Part shown: in pieces, positions 9,171 through 18,639 of the stretch
Layout: the number at the start of each line of letters is the position of its first letter
How positions within the stretch are numbered: the first letter of the stretch is position 1
Assembly: GCA_041650415.1 (NCBI GenBank)
Contig: JBAZLC010000002.1
Location: 6,896 to 70,895, forward strand
Length of the DNA stretch: 64,000 bases
From: Minisyncoccota bacterium
GTDB taxonomy: Bacteria; Patescibacteriota; Minisyncoccia; UBA6257; UBA9933
Direction of reading: 5' to 3'
Program-made: the position numbers and the translations under genes
Notes under the pieces: model-generated
The model's input: the letters and a program-made list of their open reading frames with translations, nothing else
The model's database searches: none
Told to the model about the DNA's origin: nothing

Positions 9171-10241
9171 TTAGCTTCTCTCCAATAATATTCTCAGTTC
9201 GCTCGGACTCAAAGAGTATAATTCGGCGTTTTCCAAAGAAATTTCTTTTTTCTTCAACAACGAAACTAAAGAACGGTTAAGCGTAGTCATTCCTTCCTGA
9301 ACCGAAGTTTCGATAACCAAGTCAATTTGATAAGCTTTCCTTTCACGGATAAGATTCCGGACGGCCGGATTGGTAAGCATGATTTCGCAGGCCGGAACTC
9401 TGCCGCCGTCTATTTTCGGAATCAACCTCTCGGAAACAATACCCACAAGAGTCGCCGCAAGCTGCGAAGAAATCTGACCTTGTTGTTCAACCGGGAAACT
9501 GTCTATTATTCTGTCTATTGTCTGTGAAGCGGAATTCGTATGAAGAGTCGAAAAAACGAGATGTCCGGTTTCGGCTGCCGTCATGGCGGTAGCCATTGAT
9601 TCTCTATCGCGCATTTCACCGATCATTATGACGTCCGGGTCTTGGCGCAAAAGCGATTTCAATCCCCTGTGAAAACTCAAAGTGTCAGCTTTGACCTCTC
9701 TTTGAGAAATTATGCTTTTATCTTGAGTAAAAATGTATTCTATCGGATCTTCAATGGTAATTATGTGATCCGTTCTCGCGTGATTAACTTCATCTACCAT
9801 CGCCGCCAAAGTTGTCGATTTTCCGTGTCCGGCCGGACCGACAACCAAAACAAATCCCTGAGATAATTTGCAGAAATCATGGAGAATCGGCGGCAAGCCC
9901 AACTCTTCAACGGTTTTAATTTGCGCCGGAATAAGCCTTAAAGCGGCAGCCAAATATCCGCGTTGATAAAAAATGTTTACCCTGAAGCGCGCTTTATCTT
10001 CATAACTATATGAAAAATCTATTTCCTTTTCCGACAAAAGCGTTTGTTTTTGCTCCGGTGTAAGCATCGAAAAAACCAATTCTTCGCTTAATTCCGAAGT
10101 AATTAAAGGTTCTTTTTGTAAAGGAATTAAAACTCCGTCTATCCTTAAGGTCGGGTGGCGTCCGGCCGCCAAATGCAAATCCGAAGCGTTTTGCCGCGCC
10201 GTTGCCAATAACAAATCGTTTAATTTTTGTTTGTAATCCAT
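9171..10241 (-). CDS. pilT: twitching motility retraction ATPase PilT
   Basis: Walker A GPAGHGKSTTLAAMVDEVN; 356 aa; PilT-type sequence throughout. Confidence 0.9.
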   Translation of the reverse strand: MDYKQKLNDLLLATARQNASDLHLAAGRHPTLRIDGVLIPLQKEPLITSELSEELVFSMLTPEQKQTLLSEKEIDFSYSYEDKARFRVNIFYQRGYLAAALRLIPAQIKTVEELGLPPILHDFCKLSQGFVLVVGPAGHGKSTTLAAMVDEVNHARTDHIITIEDPIEYIFTQDKSIISQREVKADTLSFHRGLKSLLRQDPDVIMIGEMRDRESMATAMTAAETGHLVFSTLHTNSASQTIDRIIDSFPVEQQGQISSQLAATLVGIVSERLIPKIDGGRVPACEIMLTNPAVRNLIRERKAYQIDLVIETSVQEGMTTLNRSLVSLLKKKEISLENAELYSLSPSELRILLERS

Positions 10242-10255
10242 ATGCTTATATTATA

Positions 10256-11986
10256 TCACATTTCCGTGGTTTCTCTCAAAACCGTCTCCATAGAAACCAT
10301 ACCGTTTAAAGCTTTCAAAATTCCGTCCTGCCTTAATGTTATCATTTCCTGATGTTTTGCTTCTTCAAGAATTTTTCGTTCGGTCGGACTGCTGTTTATT
10401 ATATCTTGGAGTTCCGGGGTCATTTTCAAAATTTCAAATAATGCCACCCTGCCGCTGAAACCCTTGCCGTTACAAGCCGGGCAGCCGACGGGCTGATAAA
10501 TTTCGTACGGTTGTTTGAATTCTTTCATTTCTTTCGGCATATTTTCCGCTTCTTTTTTTATTATGGATTGAATTTTTTCCGGAGCGATTTCCGGCTTGCG
10601 GCATTTCTCACAAAGCCGCGGAACCAACCTTTGTGCTACGACCAAATTCAAAGCTGCCGGCAAAAGGAACGGCTCGACTCCCATGTTTATTAAACGCGGT
10701 ACTGCACCTAAAGAATTATTCGTGTGAAGAGTTGAAAGCACGATATGGCCTGTTAAAGCGGCGTGAACGGCGAGACCCGCGGTTTCGTTATCCCTGATTT
10801 CTCCAACCATGATAATGTCGGGGTCCTGGCGAAGAATTTGCCGCAAACCCGAAGCGAAGTCATAACCGATTTCCGGCTTAACTTGTGATTGGTTTAATCC
10901 ATCAATAAAATATTCAACCGGGTCTTCCAAACTTACGATATTAACCGCTTCTTTGTTTAAAATTTGCATCAAAGAGTAAAGAGTCGTTGTTTTTCCGGAA
11001 CCCGTCGGACCGGTAATCAAAATCATTCCGTAGGGTTTTTCTATTCCTTCTTCAACTATTTGAAAATTTCGGTCAACTAAACCCAAATCTCCCAATCCTT
11101 TCAAACCGACTGTCGGATCCAAAACGCGGATGGCGACTTTTTCGCCTATCGGCGTAGGAAAAGTGGAAACCCTGAAATCGATGTCGCGGTTAAAAAGAAC
11201 CGTTCTAAACCTGCCGTCTTGAGGCGCGCGCGTTTCATCTATTTTCAAGTTTGAAAGAACTTTAACACGCGAAACAATCGGTTGGTGAAGTTCTATTGGC
11301 AAAGACGAAACTTCCGATAAAGCTCCATCAAGCCTGAATCTTATTCGCAGCCTGTCTCTTTGCGGTTCTATGTGAATATCCGAAACTTTTTGCCAAACCG
11401 CTTCTTTAAGAGTTGAAGCCACTATTCTGATAATCGGCGCTTCTTCCGAAACGGAAGCTCCTTCTTCCAAAGTAACTATTTTTTGAGAGCTCCCCTTTTC
11501 TCTGACCGAATGCAAATTTAAAGATCTTACGGCCGTTTCAACCTCGCTGCTGTAAGGAGAATAACGTCTTAATATTTCTTCCCAAAGAGAATAACTAATA
11601 AGATAAATTCCCAAATTCAATCTTGATTGCTTGGCGATGAATTTCAAGGCTTCCTGAGCCTTGATGTCATCGGGATTTATCATTCCAACAACCAAAACAT
11701 CAGCCGACCGGCTGATGGGAACGACTCTGTAATTTCTGACCGTTTCTTCGGGAATAAACTTTAAAATTTCATCGGGAATTTCTTCGGATTTTATCTTTTT
11801 ATAAGGGACGTTTAAAATCCTACTTTTTATTTCATTTAGCTTGTCTTCGTCTATCAGCCGCCTTTCGTAAAATAATTCGTCAACTTTCTTTCCCGATAGA
11901 GACGCGTCTTGAAAAACTTTTTTTAACGAGTCCTCGTCTAAAACGCCGGCTTTTGTTAACTCTTGAATTAAGATTTTATTTTCCAC
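10256..11986 (-). CDS. pilB: type IV pilus assembly ATPase PilB (GspE family)
   Basis: Walker A ITGPTGSGKTTTLYS; C-terminal tetracysteine motif (CEKC...CPAC); 576 aa. Confidence 0.9.
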   Translation of the reverse strand: MENKILIQELTKAGVLDEDSLKKVFQDASLSGKKVDELFYERRLIDEDKLNEIKSRILNVPYKKIKSEEIPDEILKFIPEETVRNYRVVPISRSADVLVVGMINPDDIKAQEALKFIAKQSRLNLGIYLISYSLWEEILRRYSPYSSEVETAVRSLNLHSVREKGSSQKIVTLEEGASVSEEAPIIRIVASTLKEAVWQKVSDIHIEPQRDRLRIRFRLDGALSEVSSLPIELHQPIVSRVKVLSNLKIDETRAPQDGRFRTVLFNRDIDFRVSTFPTPIGEKVAIRVLDPTVGLKGLGDLGLVDRNFQIVEEGIEKPYGMILITGPTGSGKTTTLYSLMQILNKEAVNIVSLEDPVEYFIDGLNQSQVKPEIGYDFASGLRQILRQDPDIIMVGEIRDNETAGLAVHAALTGHIVLSTLHTNNSLGAVPRLINMGVEPFLLPAALNLVVAQRLVPRLCEKCRKPEIAPEKIQSIIKKEAENMPKEMKEFKQPYEIYQPVGCPACNGKGFSGRVALFEILKMTPELQDIINSSPTERKILEEAKHQEMITLRQDGILKALNGMVSMETVLRETTEM

Positions 11987-11997
11987 GATTTTTTATT

Positions 11998-12285
11998 TTA
12001 CTTTAAAAATGGATTGCTCTTTCCGGGCATTCCGGCTTCAACCGGATTGATATACTGCCTAAGAATTTGGAATTTAGGATTATTAACTACTTCTTCGGGA
12101 TTCAATTTAATGCCCGAAAGATCTTTTAATGTCTGCGTATTTTGAGAAATAACTTTTTCTATTAATGGTGTTGGCGCGAAAAATAAATAATAAGCCAAAG
12201 CTATTATTATTCCTGACAATGAAATCCACAAAATAAGCGGAAACCAATTTATTCTTCTTTTTTCTTCTTCAACAATTATAGCCAT
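11998..12285 (-). CDS. hypothetical bitopic protein in the pilus operon (possible PilP-like accessory)
   Basis: Single N-terminal TM; placed between pilO and pilB. No domain recognised. Confidence 0.3.
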   Translation of the reverse strand: MAIIVEEEKRRINWFPLILWISLSGIIIALAYYLFFAPTPLIEKVISQNTQTLKDLSGIKLNPEEVVNNPKFQILRQYINPVEAGMPGKSNPFLK

Positions 12286-12290
12286 AAATT

Positions 12291-12863
12291 TTAATCAGTT
12301 TGATAATACGTTTCCATGTTAGCCGTAAAGGAAAAATTCCCACCGCCAGTCTTTAAAATTTGAACGGGTTCTATTTTTAAATCAACCAAATCCATCAACG
12401 CGATATTCGTTTCAATTGCCTTAAGAAAAGCTTTAAAATTTTCATAGGTTCCGCTTACTTGAAAACTAAACCTTAAAACTCCGATGCTTTTTACCAATTT
12501 CTGGTTGCTTGAAGGCTTATTTGCCCTCTTTGTCACAGTCAGCGATTCAAGCTTTAAATTATTGATCGCCGCCAAGCTTGAAATCTGACTCAAACTCAGA
12601 CCGACGTTCTGAGACAAAGGCAAAATAGTTCCAATGACATTTTCAATGCTTGAAATATTTTCCTGTTCTTTTAAAAGATTTTGTATTTGAGCTATTGCCG
12701 ATTGCTGTTCGTTCGCCGCTTGCGAATTACTCAATAATTCCGCCCTTAAATCTTTTATTTCGGAATAAGCCGGCGAAACAAAATTACTATAAACGAAAAT
12801 CGCCGCGATAAACATTAATGCCGATAATAAAATACTTATGAATCTTTTTGATGAAGAACGCAT
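12291..12863 (-). CDS. pilO: PilO-like pilus assembly protein
   Basis: N-terminal TM plus coiled-coil plus C-terminal domain; position after pilN. Confidence 0.5.
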   Translation of the reverse strand: MRSSSKRFISILLSALMFIAAIFVYSNFVSPAYSEIKDLRAELLSNSQAANEQQSAIAQIQNLLKEQENISSIENVIGTILPLSQNVGLSLSQISSLAAINNLKLESLTVTKRANKPSSNQKLVKSIGVLRFSFQVSGTYENFKAFLKAIETNIALMDLVDLKIEPVQILKTGGGNFSFTANMETYYQTD

Positions 12864-12866
12864 GTT

Positions 12867-13415
12867 TTATTTAAAATTATCCGGCGATAAATTAATTCTT
12901 ATTGAAAAACTTATTCCGTCCGCTGTTGATTTCGCGTTATTTAAAACGGCATCGCCAAATAACTGATTGCTCCTGAAATAATCCAACTGCTTAATCAGCG
13001 TAGTGTAATCTTGCGACACGCCCTGTAAATCCAATCTCTTTTCAACCAACGAAAAACTTAAACTTGTGTAATAAATTTGCGGATAAGTGCCTTTTTCCAA
13101 TTCATCAAATAAATTAGAAGCTATAACATGAGAATCCAATAAATCCCTGATATTTGTCAATTGTGAATAAATGTTGGTTAAATTTGTTCGCTGTTCGCTG
13201 TTAACGGTTTTTTCCGATTCTTTTATTTGGGCGTTAACCGCGCTGATTTGAGAATTCAAATAAGGCTGGTATCCAAAAATCATTCCGAAATAACTTGCCA
13301 ATATCAAACCCAAAATGGCGAAAGAAAAAATTAAAAGCTGCCAAGGCAATTCTACTGGCACTTTGTTTCCGGTTTTTCTTAATTGTTCTTCAAGAACGTT
13401 TCTTGTGTCTGCCAT
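12867..13415 (-). CDS. pilN: PilN-like pilus assembly protein
   Basis: Bitopic, coiled-coil, immediately after pilM. Confidence 0.5.
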   Translation of the reverse strand: MADTRNVLEEQLRKTGNKVPVELPWQLLIFSFAILGLILASYFGMIFGYQPYLNSQISAVNAQIKESEKTVNSEQRTNLTNIYSQLTNIRDLLDSHVIASNLFDELEKGTYPQIYYTSLSFSLVEKRLDLQGVSQDYTTLIKQLDYFRSNQLFGDAVLNNAKSTADGISFSIRINLSPDNFK

Positions 13416-13422
13416 TTTTTTA

Positions 13423-14499
13423 TTATACGAATTCTCTTAATCCTAAACCTATCGCTACGCTAAACGACGGCCCCAGTTCATTGACAAACGGTTCAGCCGC
13501 CGGAGGATAATCTATTTTTGAAAACGGATTTCCAATGGCTGTAGGCAAATTTATCTGTTTTTCAAAATATTTATCGATTCCCAACAGGCTGGCGCCTCCG
13601 CCGGACAAAACGACTCTTTCTATTTTACGTTCGTTGTTTTTATTATAATTGTCGCAAGCCCTTTTCGCTTCATTAATTATAGCATCCAAAAAGGGAAAGA
13701 TTAATGTGGATAACTCATAATCACCCCTGCCTCCTAAAAGCCCTCTTTGCCTTTTTAATTCTTCGGCTCTGCGAGGATTAATGCTTAAACCGCTCGCTAT
13801 CGCCTGAGTCAAAGAACCGCCGGAAAAATCAGTTTGGTAATTGTATCTTAATAAGCCGTTTTCCGAAACCGCCATATTTGTGGAACGGGCGCCAATATCA
13901 ACCAAAAGCGTCGGCGTCGGATCTTTGCCGACAACCGATCTTATTAAGCTCAAGCTTTCAACTTCCAAAGATTTCAACCGCAAACCCGCCAATTTAAAAA
14001 CGTTTTGATATCTTTTTATCTGTTCGTTTGGAATGGAAATTATCAATATCTCCTGCTTGTCAAAACCCTTATCATCGGATTTCTCGCCTACCTTAAACCA
14101 TTCAATCGTTACTTCAGAGACGGGCAAAGGAATATATTGATCTAATTGAAAAGAGACCGTTTTCGCGGTGTCGGAATCCGACATTTTCGGTAAATCTATT
14201 AAAGTTATAAACGCGGAAAACGACGGGATTGAAGCGCTGACGGAATCCGTCCCGGGTCTTAATTTAGCAAGAAGCAATTTCAAAAGTTCGGCTGTTTCTT
14301 TTTCGGCTATTTTTAAAGAGTTCGTCTGAATGGCGTCGTTTAAACGTTCTAAATGCCCGTGGCTTTCCAAAAAACCGTAATTTTTAAGTCTGGGTCTCAC
14401 CTTACCGGTTGAGATCTCGGCTATTTTTATTGAAGTCGTGCCTATATCGACACCAAGATGCGACTCGCCGCCGACTAAAGATTTTATAAAATTAAACAT
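13423..14499 (-). CDS. pilM: type IV pilus assembly protein PilM (actin-like ATPase fold)
   Basis: LGVDIGTTSIKIAEI phosphate-1 motif; 358 aa. Confidence 0.8.
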   Translation of the reverse strand: MFNFIKSLVGGESHLGVDIGTTSIKIAEISTGKVRPRLKNYGFLESHGHLERLNDAIQTNSLKIAEKETAELLKLLLAKLRPGTDSVSASIPSFSAFITLIDLPKMSDSDTAKTVSFQLDQYIPLPVSEVTIEWFKVGEKSDDKGFDKQEILIISIPNEQIKRYQNVFKLAGLRLKSLEVESLSLIRSVVGKDPTPTLLVDIGARSTNMAVSENGLLRYNYQTDFSGGSLTQAIASGLSINPRRAEELKRQRGLLGGRGDYELSTLIFPFLDAIINEAKRACDNYNKNNERKIERVVLSGGGASLLGIDKYFEKQINLPTAIGNPFSKIDYPPAAEPFVNELGPSFSVAIGLGLREFV

Positions 14500-14516
14500 T
14501 GCAATATAATTATACT

Positions 14517-15233
14517 ATGTTTTTTACTTTAATCAAAGCAAAAGAAATCGCGCTCGATATTATCTTCCCCCGTATTTGCATCGGTTGCGAAAAACGCCTG
14601 AATGACAAGACTGATCCTGTCTGTAATGCCTGCCTTGAATCAATAAAAATAAATTCCGCTTTTTTCTGTCCTATTTGCAAAGGACGATTGCCCGACGTGG
14701 AAAAAACCTGCCATCCAGGATCACGTTTTATTCTTGCTTCGGCCGGAAATTATGACGACCCGGTTCTTCAAAAAATAATCAAATCTTTTAAATATCAAGG
14801 AATTGAAAACTTGGCGCCGGTTTTAGGAAAATTAATCATCAAATACGTTAAAAATTGCGAGTCTAAAATTCCCCAATTATCTAATTATCAAATTACCTTT
14901 ATCCCCCTGCACAAAAGCCGTGAAAGACAAAGAGGTTTTAATCAGGCAGAACTTATAGCAAAGTCCATCGCCGAATATTTTAATCTGCCGCTGATTAAAA
15001 CCATTAAAAGATCAAAAAAGACCGAACCTCAGGCAAAAATGAAAAATAAAGAAAAAAGGCTTAAAAACATTTCCGGGTGTTTCAGTATTCCAAATCCAGA
15101 TTCCGTAAAAAATAAAAACGTCATCTTGATTGACGACGTTTTTACCACGGGCGACACAATAAACGAAGCCGTAAAAATCCTGAAAGAAAATGGTGTGAAA
15201 AAGATAATTGCCCTGGTGGCAGCAAAAGCCTGA
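14517..15233 (+). CDS. comFC: ComF family protein (competence; phosphoribosyltransferase fold)
   Basis: N-terminal four-Cys zinc motif (CIGC...CNAC); C-terminal PRTase motif VILIDDVFTTGDTINE. The track start at 14499 is TTG; the ATG at 14517 is more likely. Confidence 0.75.
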   Translation: MFFTLIKAKEIALDIIFPRICIGCEKRLNDKTDPVCNACLESIKINSAFFCPICKGRLPDVEKTCHPGSRFILASAGNYDDPVLQKIIKSFKYQGIENLAPVLGKLIIKYVKNCESKIPQLSNYQITFIPLHKSRERQRGFNQAELIAKSIAEYFNLPLIKTIKRSKKTEPQAKMKNKEKRLKNISGCFSIPNPDSVKNKNVILIDDVFTTGDTINEAVKILKENGVKKIIALVAAKA

Positions 15234-15608
15234 TTATTTTTGCCGCTTTTCAAGCAATTCCAATTTTTTTAAAATCATTTCTATCTCTTTTTCAGCTTTA
15301 AGATTTGTTTCAAAATCGTTTTCCGCCCTTAATTCAGAGTGTCTATTTTGCAAATTTTGTCCGGTTAAAATAAGAGGAAGGAAAAAAAGTTGTATCATAT
15401 TTGCAATAAAAGCCCAAAGCGCAAAAGCCGGGTACGCATCAAATCTTAATTCCTCGAAAGCGAAAACATTCCAAGCCAACCATGCTAATGTCCAAATAAA
15501 CACAATCAAGAAAAATCCCATTGTACCAACACGATTTGTTATCCAAACGGCAAATTTTTCCATCCTTGTCAGACTTTCGAAATGTTGAATATTTACGTTT
15601 TTAGCCAT
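15234..15608 (-). CDS. DUF1003-like membrane protein
   Basis: 124 aa, two TM helices plus a C-terminal coiled-coil; the pattern YPFALWAFIANMIQLF...QNLQNRHSELRAE resembles DUF1003. Confidence 0.45.
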   Translation of the reverse strand: MAKNVNIQHFESLTRMEKFAVWITNRVGTMGFFLIVFIWTLAWLAWNVFAFEELRFDAYPAFALWAFIANMIQLFFLPLILTGQNLQNRHSELRAENDFETNLKAEKEIEMILKKLELLEKRQK

Positions 15609-15621
15609 AATATTTATTTAT

Positions 15622-16800
15622 TTAATTCCGGCCCTTTAAATAATTATAATATTTTTTCTCAAGTTTTTCCATTTTCCCGGCGGACTCGCGGATTTCGGCG
15701 AAAAGATTTTTATAAAATTGGATATTGTGCAACATTGCCAATTTTTGGCCGCGCATTTTATCATTTTTAAAAAGTTCCCTGAGCTCACGCCTTGAAATCT
15801 TGTTTTTACAAACCCAGCAATCGCAATTTTTATCTATCAATTTTTTGTCTTTGGAAAAAATCTCTTTTTCAATAGCAAGTTTTCCGCCCGGAACGTAAAT
15901 TCTGCCGTGCCTCGCCTCACGCGTGGGAATAACGCAGTCAAATAAATCGATCCCCTGTTTCACCGCGATAAAAATATCGTTTAATTTGCCTATCCCCAAA
16001 AGGTGCCGCGGCTTATCGCCCGGCAAACCACTTAAAGCCCAGCCTAAAACCTCTTTCATTTGTTTTTCGCCAAAAGATCCCCCTATGCCGAATCCGCCAA
16101 AAGGCAAAGAACCGATAATTTTTGAAGACTTTTCCCTTAAATCTTTATAAATTCCACCCTGAACTATTCCAAATAGCATTTGTTTGTTGTTTGTAGTTTG
16201 TCGTTTACTATTAAACTCTTCCAAACAACGAACCGCCCATCTGTGCGTGCGTTCCACAGCCTTTTTGTTATAAGCATGATCATGAAGCGGCGAAGTACAT
16301 TCATCAAAAGCGAAAATAATATCCGCGCCGATGTCTTTTTGAAGCTTTATCGATTTTTCCGGAGTAAGTTCGTATTTTTTATCGCTATATTCAAAAACTA
16401 CCCCATTCTCGGAAATTTTTACCTGGCTATTTCCTTTTATATGTAAAGAGTTTACACCTTCGCTTTTTAAAACTTTCCCAATCGCATGAGTCTTCCCCCA
16501 ACCAAGCGAAAAAACCTGGAATCCGCCGGAATCCGTCATTATCGGGTTTTTCAATCCACTCCAGTTATGAATGCCTCCGGCTTTTTTTATTTCCGGTATT
16601 TTTTTATTAACGAAAAGGTGAAAAGTGTTTGAAATCGTTAATTTGAGCTTTGCCTTTTCATGGTCTTGTTTGTCAAAAAATTTCACTCCTCCGTTGGTGG
16701 CGACAATCGCCAGATTGGGCGTTTCTATTTTGCCGTGTGGAGTTTTTAAAATCCCCGTCCGAAATTTCCCGCGGCTGTTTTTAATTTCAAATTCAAACAT
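15622..16800 (-). CDS. tgt: queuine tRNA-ribosyltransferase
   Basis: TDSGGFQVFSL, LFGIVQGG, zinc motif CDCWVCK. Confidence 0.9.
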   Translation of the reverse strand: MFEFEIKNSRGKFRTGILKTPHGKIETPNLAIVATNGGVKFFDKQDHEKAKLKLTISNTFHLFVNKKIPEIKKAGGIHNWSGLKNPIMTDSGGFQVFSLGWGKTHAIGKVLKSEGVNSLHIKGNSQVKISENGVVFEYSDKKYELTPEKSIKLQKDIGADIIFAFDECTSPLHDHAYNKKAVERTHRWAVRCLEEFNSKRQTTNNKQMLFGIVQGGIYKDLREKSSKIIGSLPFGGFGIGGSFGEKQMKEVLGWALSGLPGDKPRHLLGIGKLNDIFIAVKQGIDLFDCVIPTREARHGRIYVPGGKLAIEKEIFSKDKKLIDKNCDCWVCKNKISRRELRELFKNDKMRGQKLAMLHNIQFYKNLFAEIRESAGKMEKLEKKYYNYLKGRN

Positions 16801-16809
16801 TTTAAAATT

Positions 16810-17439
16810 TTAAAATCCGAAAGACTGTCCGACTATTAATTTAAATACGAACTCCGCTAAAGGAGAAAGAAACAAAAAAGAAATCGCCAAAGCTAAAAAT
16901 ATTCCGACAAAACCCAGAGCCGCGACGGCATAGCTGGTTTTCGGGAATAAATCCATTAACGCTTTTGAGCCATCAAGCGGCGGGATCGGAATAAGATTAA
17001 AAATCCCTAAAAAGATATTAATATAAACTATCAATGCCAAAGCGGACAAAAATATTCCTGAAAAAATCGTTGTCCCAAAAACACCGACAAAAGCCAACCT
17101 GATAAAAATTCCCAGAATCAAAGCTATTAAAAAGTTAGCTGCCGGCCCGGCAATTCCAACTTTAAGTGAACCATATTTTTTGTCGCGTAAATTATAAGGA
17201 TTATAAGGCACCGGCTTAGCCCAACCGATGAATATCCCGCCAAAAAAAAGAAGAAATAAAGGAACGATAACCGTTCCCGTTAAATCAACGTGTTTTAAAG
17301 GATTTAAAGTAAGCCTGCCTTCGTCTTTAGCCGTTGAATCGCCGAGCCTAAAAGCGACAAAAGCGTGGGCAAATTCATGAAAACTCGCCGAAAGTACGAT
17401 TATGATATAAAGAAAAAATTTAGTATAAAAATCTTCCAT
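16810..17439 (-). CDS. site-2 protease-family (M50) zinc metalloprotease
   Basis: HEFAHAFVA (HExxH) within a TM helix; polytopic; 209 aa. Confidence 0.7.
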   Translation of the reverse strand: MEDFYTKFFLYIIIVLSASFHEFAHAFVAFRLGDSTAKDEGRLTLNPLKHVDLTGTVIVPLFLLFFGGIFIGWAKPVPYNPYNLRDKKYGSLKVGIAGPAANFLIALILGIFIRLAFVGVFGTTIFSGIFLSALALIVYINIFLGIFNLIPIPPLDGSKALMDLFPKTSYAVAALGFVGIFLALAISFLFLSPLAEFVFKLIVGQSFGF

Positions 17440-17479
17440 ACTTTACTTTTTATAATTTATTTAGTAGTATTTAACGACT

Positions 17480-17659
17480 ATGAAACAATGCGCAATATGC
17501 GGCAAGGGTTCAATTATCCGCGGAGCCAGAAAGAAGCTTCGCAGCAATTATAACCCGACGCCTAAAAAAAAGAAACAGCCTAATCTCCAATGGATGAAAT
17601 CCGCTGACGGCGGACGAGTTTTGGCCTGCGCCAAATGCCTTAAAAGCAAAAGGACCTAA
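17480..17659 (+). CDS. rpmB: 50S ribosomal protein L28
   Basis: Translation MKQCAICGKGSIIRGARKKLRSNYNPTPKKKKQPNLQWMKSADGGRVLACAKCLKSKRT matches the L28 pattern (CxICGKG ... CxxC). Not in the ORF track (below 60 aa). Confidence 0.85.
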   Translation: MKQCAICGKGSIIRGARKKLRSNYNPTPKKKKQPNLQWMKSADGGRVLACAKCLKSKRT

Positions 17660-17666
17660 AAGCGTA

Positions 17667-17740
17667 CGGGGTGTAGTATACCGGCAGTACGCATGCATGG
17701 GGTGCATGTAGACCGGGTTCAATTCCCGGCACCCCGACCA
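17667..17740 (+). tRNA. tRNA-Pro (anticodon GGG), CCA encoded
   Basis: Manual cloverleaf: acceptor CGGGGTG/CACCCCG; anticodon stem CATGC/GCATG with loop ATGGGGT; T-arm CCGGG-TTCAATT-CCCGG; 3' ACCA. Confidence 0.85.
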
Positions 17741-17784
17741 AGCTAAGCTTGGTCAAAGACCAGCTAAGCTGGCCTACCAACAAA

Positions 17785-17812
17785 AAAATCCCGCTTAATG
17801 CGGGATTTTTAT
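17785..17812 (+). terminator. rho-independent terminator after rpmB-tRNA-Pro
   Basis: Hairpin AATCCCGC-TTAA-TGCGGGATT followed by TTTTATTT. Confidence 0.6.
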
Positions 17813-18415
17813 TTAGCTATTATCGAAGTTTTTCATAACATCGTTAAACTTTCTGTTTAACTCGTTAATTACTTTAATGTCATCATTTATTTTCGCTACC
17901 AATTCGGAAATTTTATCTCCGCTGTATTTCCCCAAAAATTTATTTTGCAAAATTTCAAGCAATTTAGTAAGATCGTCGTTATAATCAATAAGCTTGCTTA
18001 TTAAAGAGGTTTCTGAAGCTATCGCCTCAAGCGCGGTCCGGCTTGCGGAATCCGGAGAAATCGCCGATAAATTTTTCGTCATTGTTTCCAATTGGACGGA
18101 AAGATTTATGGCTTTATCTCTCGATTCTTTATTCCGTTCAAGCTCTTGAGAAACCAAAATAAGAGCTTCCGTGTATTTGCCGTCTTTATCAAGCTGGGAA
18201 ATTTGGCTAAGAGTGTTTGTTGATTGGCCGGATATTCCCACTATTTCCGAAGCGATGATAGAAGCCTGCTGCCGAGCCTGCAAAAAATCACTGGGAACTT
18301 TTTTAGCATCCGCGAACCAAAACTGGAAAGCGAGAAAAGCCGCTGAAATAATGATTATAAAAAGGATTAACATCTTAATCCTTTTGGGAATTTTTGAATA
18401 AATTTCAGAAAACAT
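17813..18415 (-). CDS. hypothetical membrane-anchored coiled-coil protein
   Basis: 200 aa, N-terminal TM, helical remainder; no motif recognised. Confidence 0.4.
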   Translation of the reverse strand: MFSEIYSKIPKRIKMLILFIIIISAAFLAFQFWFADAKKVPSDFLQARQQASIIASEIVGISGQSTNTLSQISQLDKDGKYTEALILVSQELERNKESRDKAINLSVQLETMTKNLSAISPDSASRTALEAIASETSLISKLIDYNDDLTKLLEILQNKFLGKYSGDKISELVAKINDDIKVINELNRKFNDVMKNFDNS

Positions 18416-18436
18416 TTTAAACTATAATACCACCAC

Positions 18437-18465
18437 TTGCCTCAAAAGGCAAGAATGAATATAAT
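18437..18465 (+). promoter_or_regulatory. sigma70-like promoter upstream of tRNA-Gly
   Basis: TTGCCT (18437-18442), a 17-nt spacer, then TATAAT (18460-18465), about 40 nt upstream of the tRNA. Confidence 0.35.
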
Positions 18466-18504
18466 AGAAAAAACGCGGATTTGCTCCGCTAAAACGAAGC
18501 GAAG

Positions 18505-18575
18505 GCGGGTATCGTATAACGGCATTACCTCAGCTTTCCAAGCTGATGACAGGGGTCCGACTCCCCTTACCCGCT
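18505..18575 (+). tRNA. tRNA-Gly (anticodon UCC), no encoded CCA, atypical T-loop
   Basis: Acceptor GCGGGTA/TACCCGC; discriminator U; anticodon stem TCAGC/GCTGA with loop TTTCCAA; T-arm AGGGG-TCCGACT-CCCCT (C at position 55 instead of U). Confidence 0.6.
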
Positions 18576-18577
18576 CA

Positions 18578-18625
18578 TAAATAAATTGCCTCACGCCTTT
18601 ATGGCGTGGGGCAATTTATTTATTG
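18578..18625 (+). terminator. long perfect hairpin after tRNA-Gly (probable terminator)
   Basis: ATAAATAAATTGCC-TCACGCCTTTATGGCGTG-GGGCAATTTATTTAT: nested inverted repeats followed by T-rich sequence. Confidence 0.4.
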
Positions 18626-18639
18626 TGTTAAGAGGAGTC

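Noticed and set aside
17510-17722. Minus-strand 70-aa ORF
   Set aside because: Lies antisense across the rpmB (L28) coding sequence and the tRNA-Pro gene; it is a GC-structure artefact.
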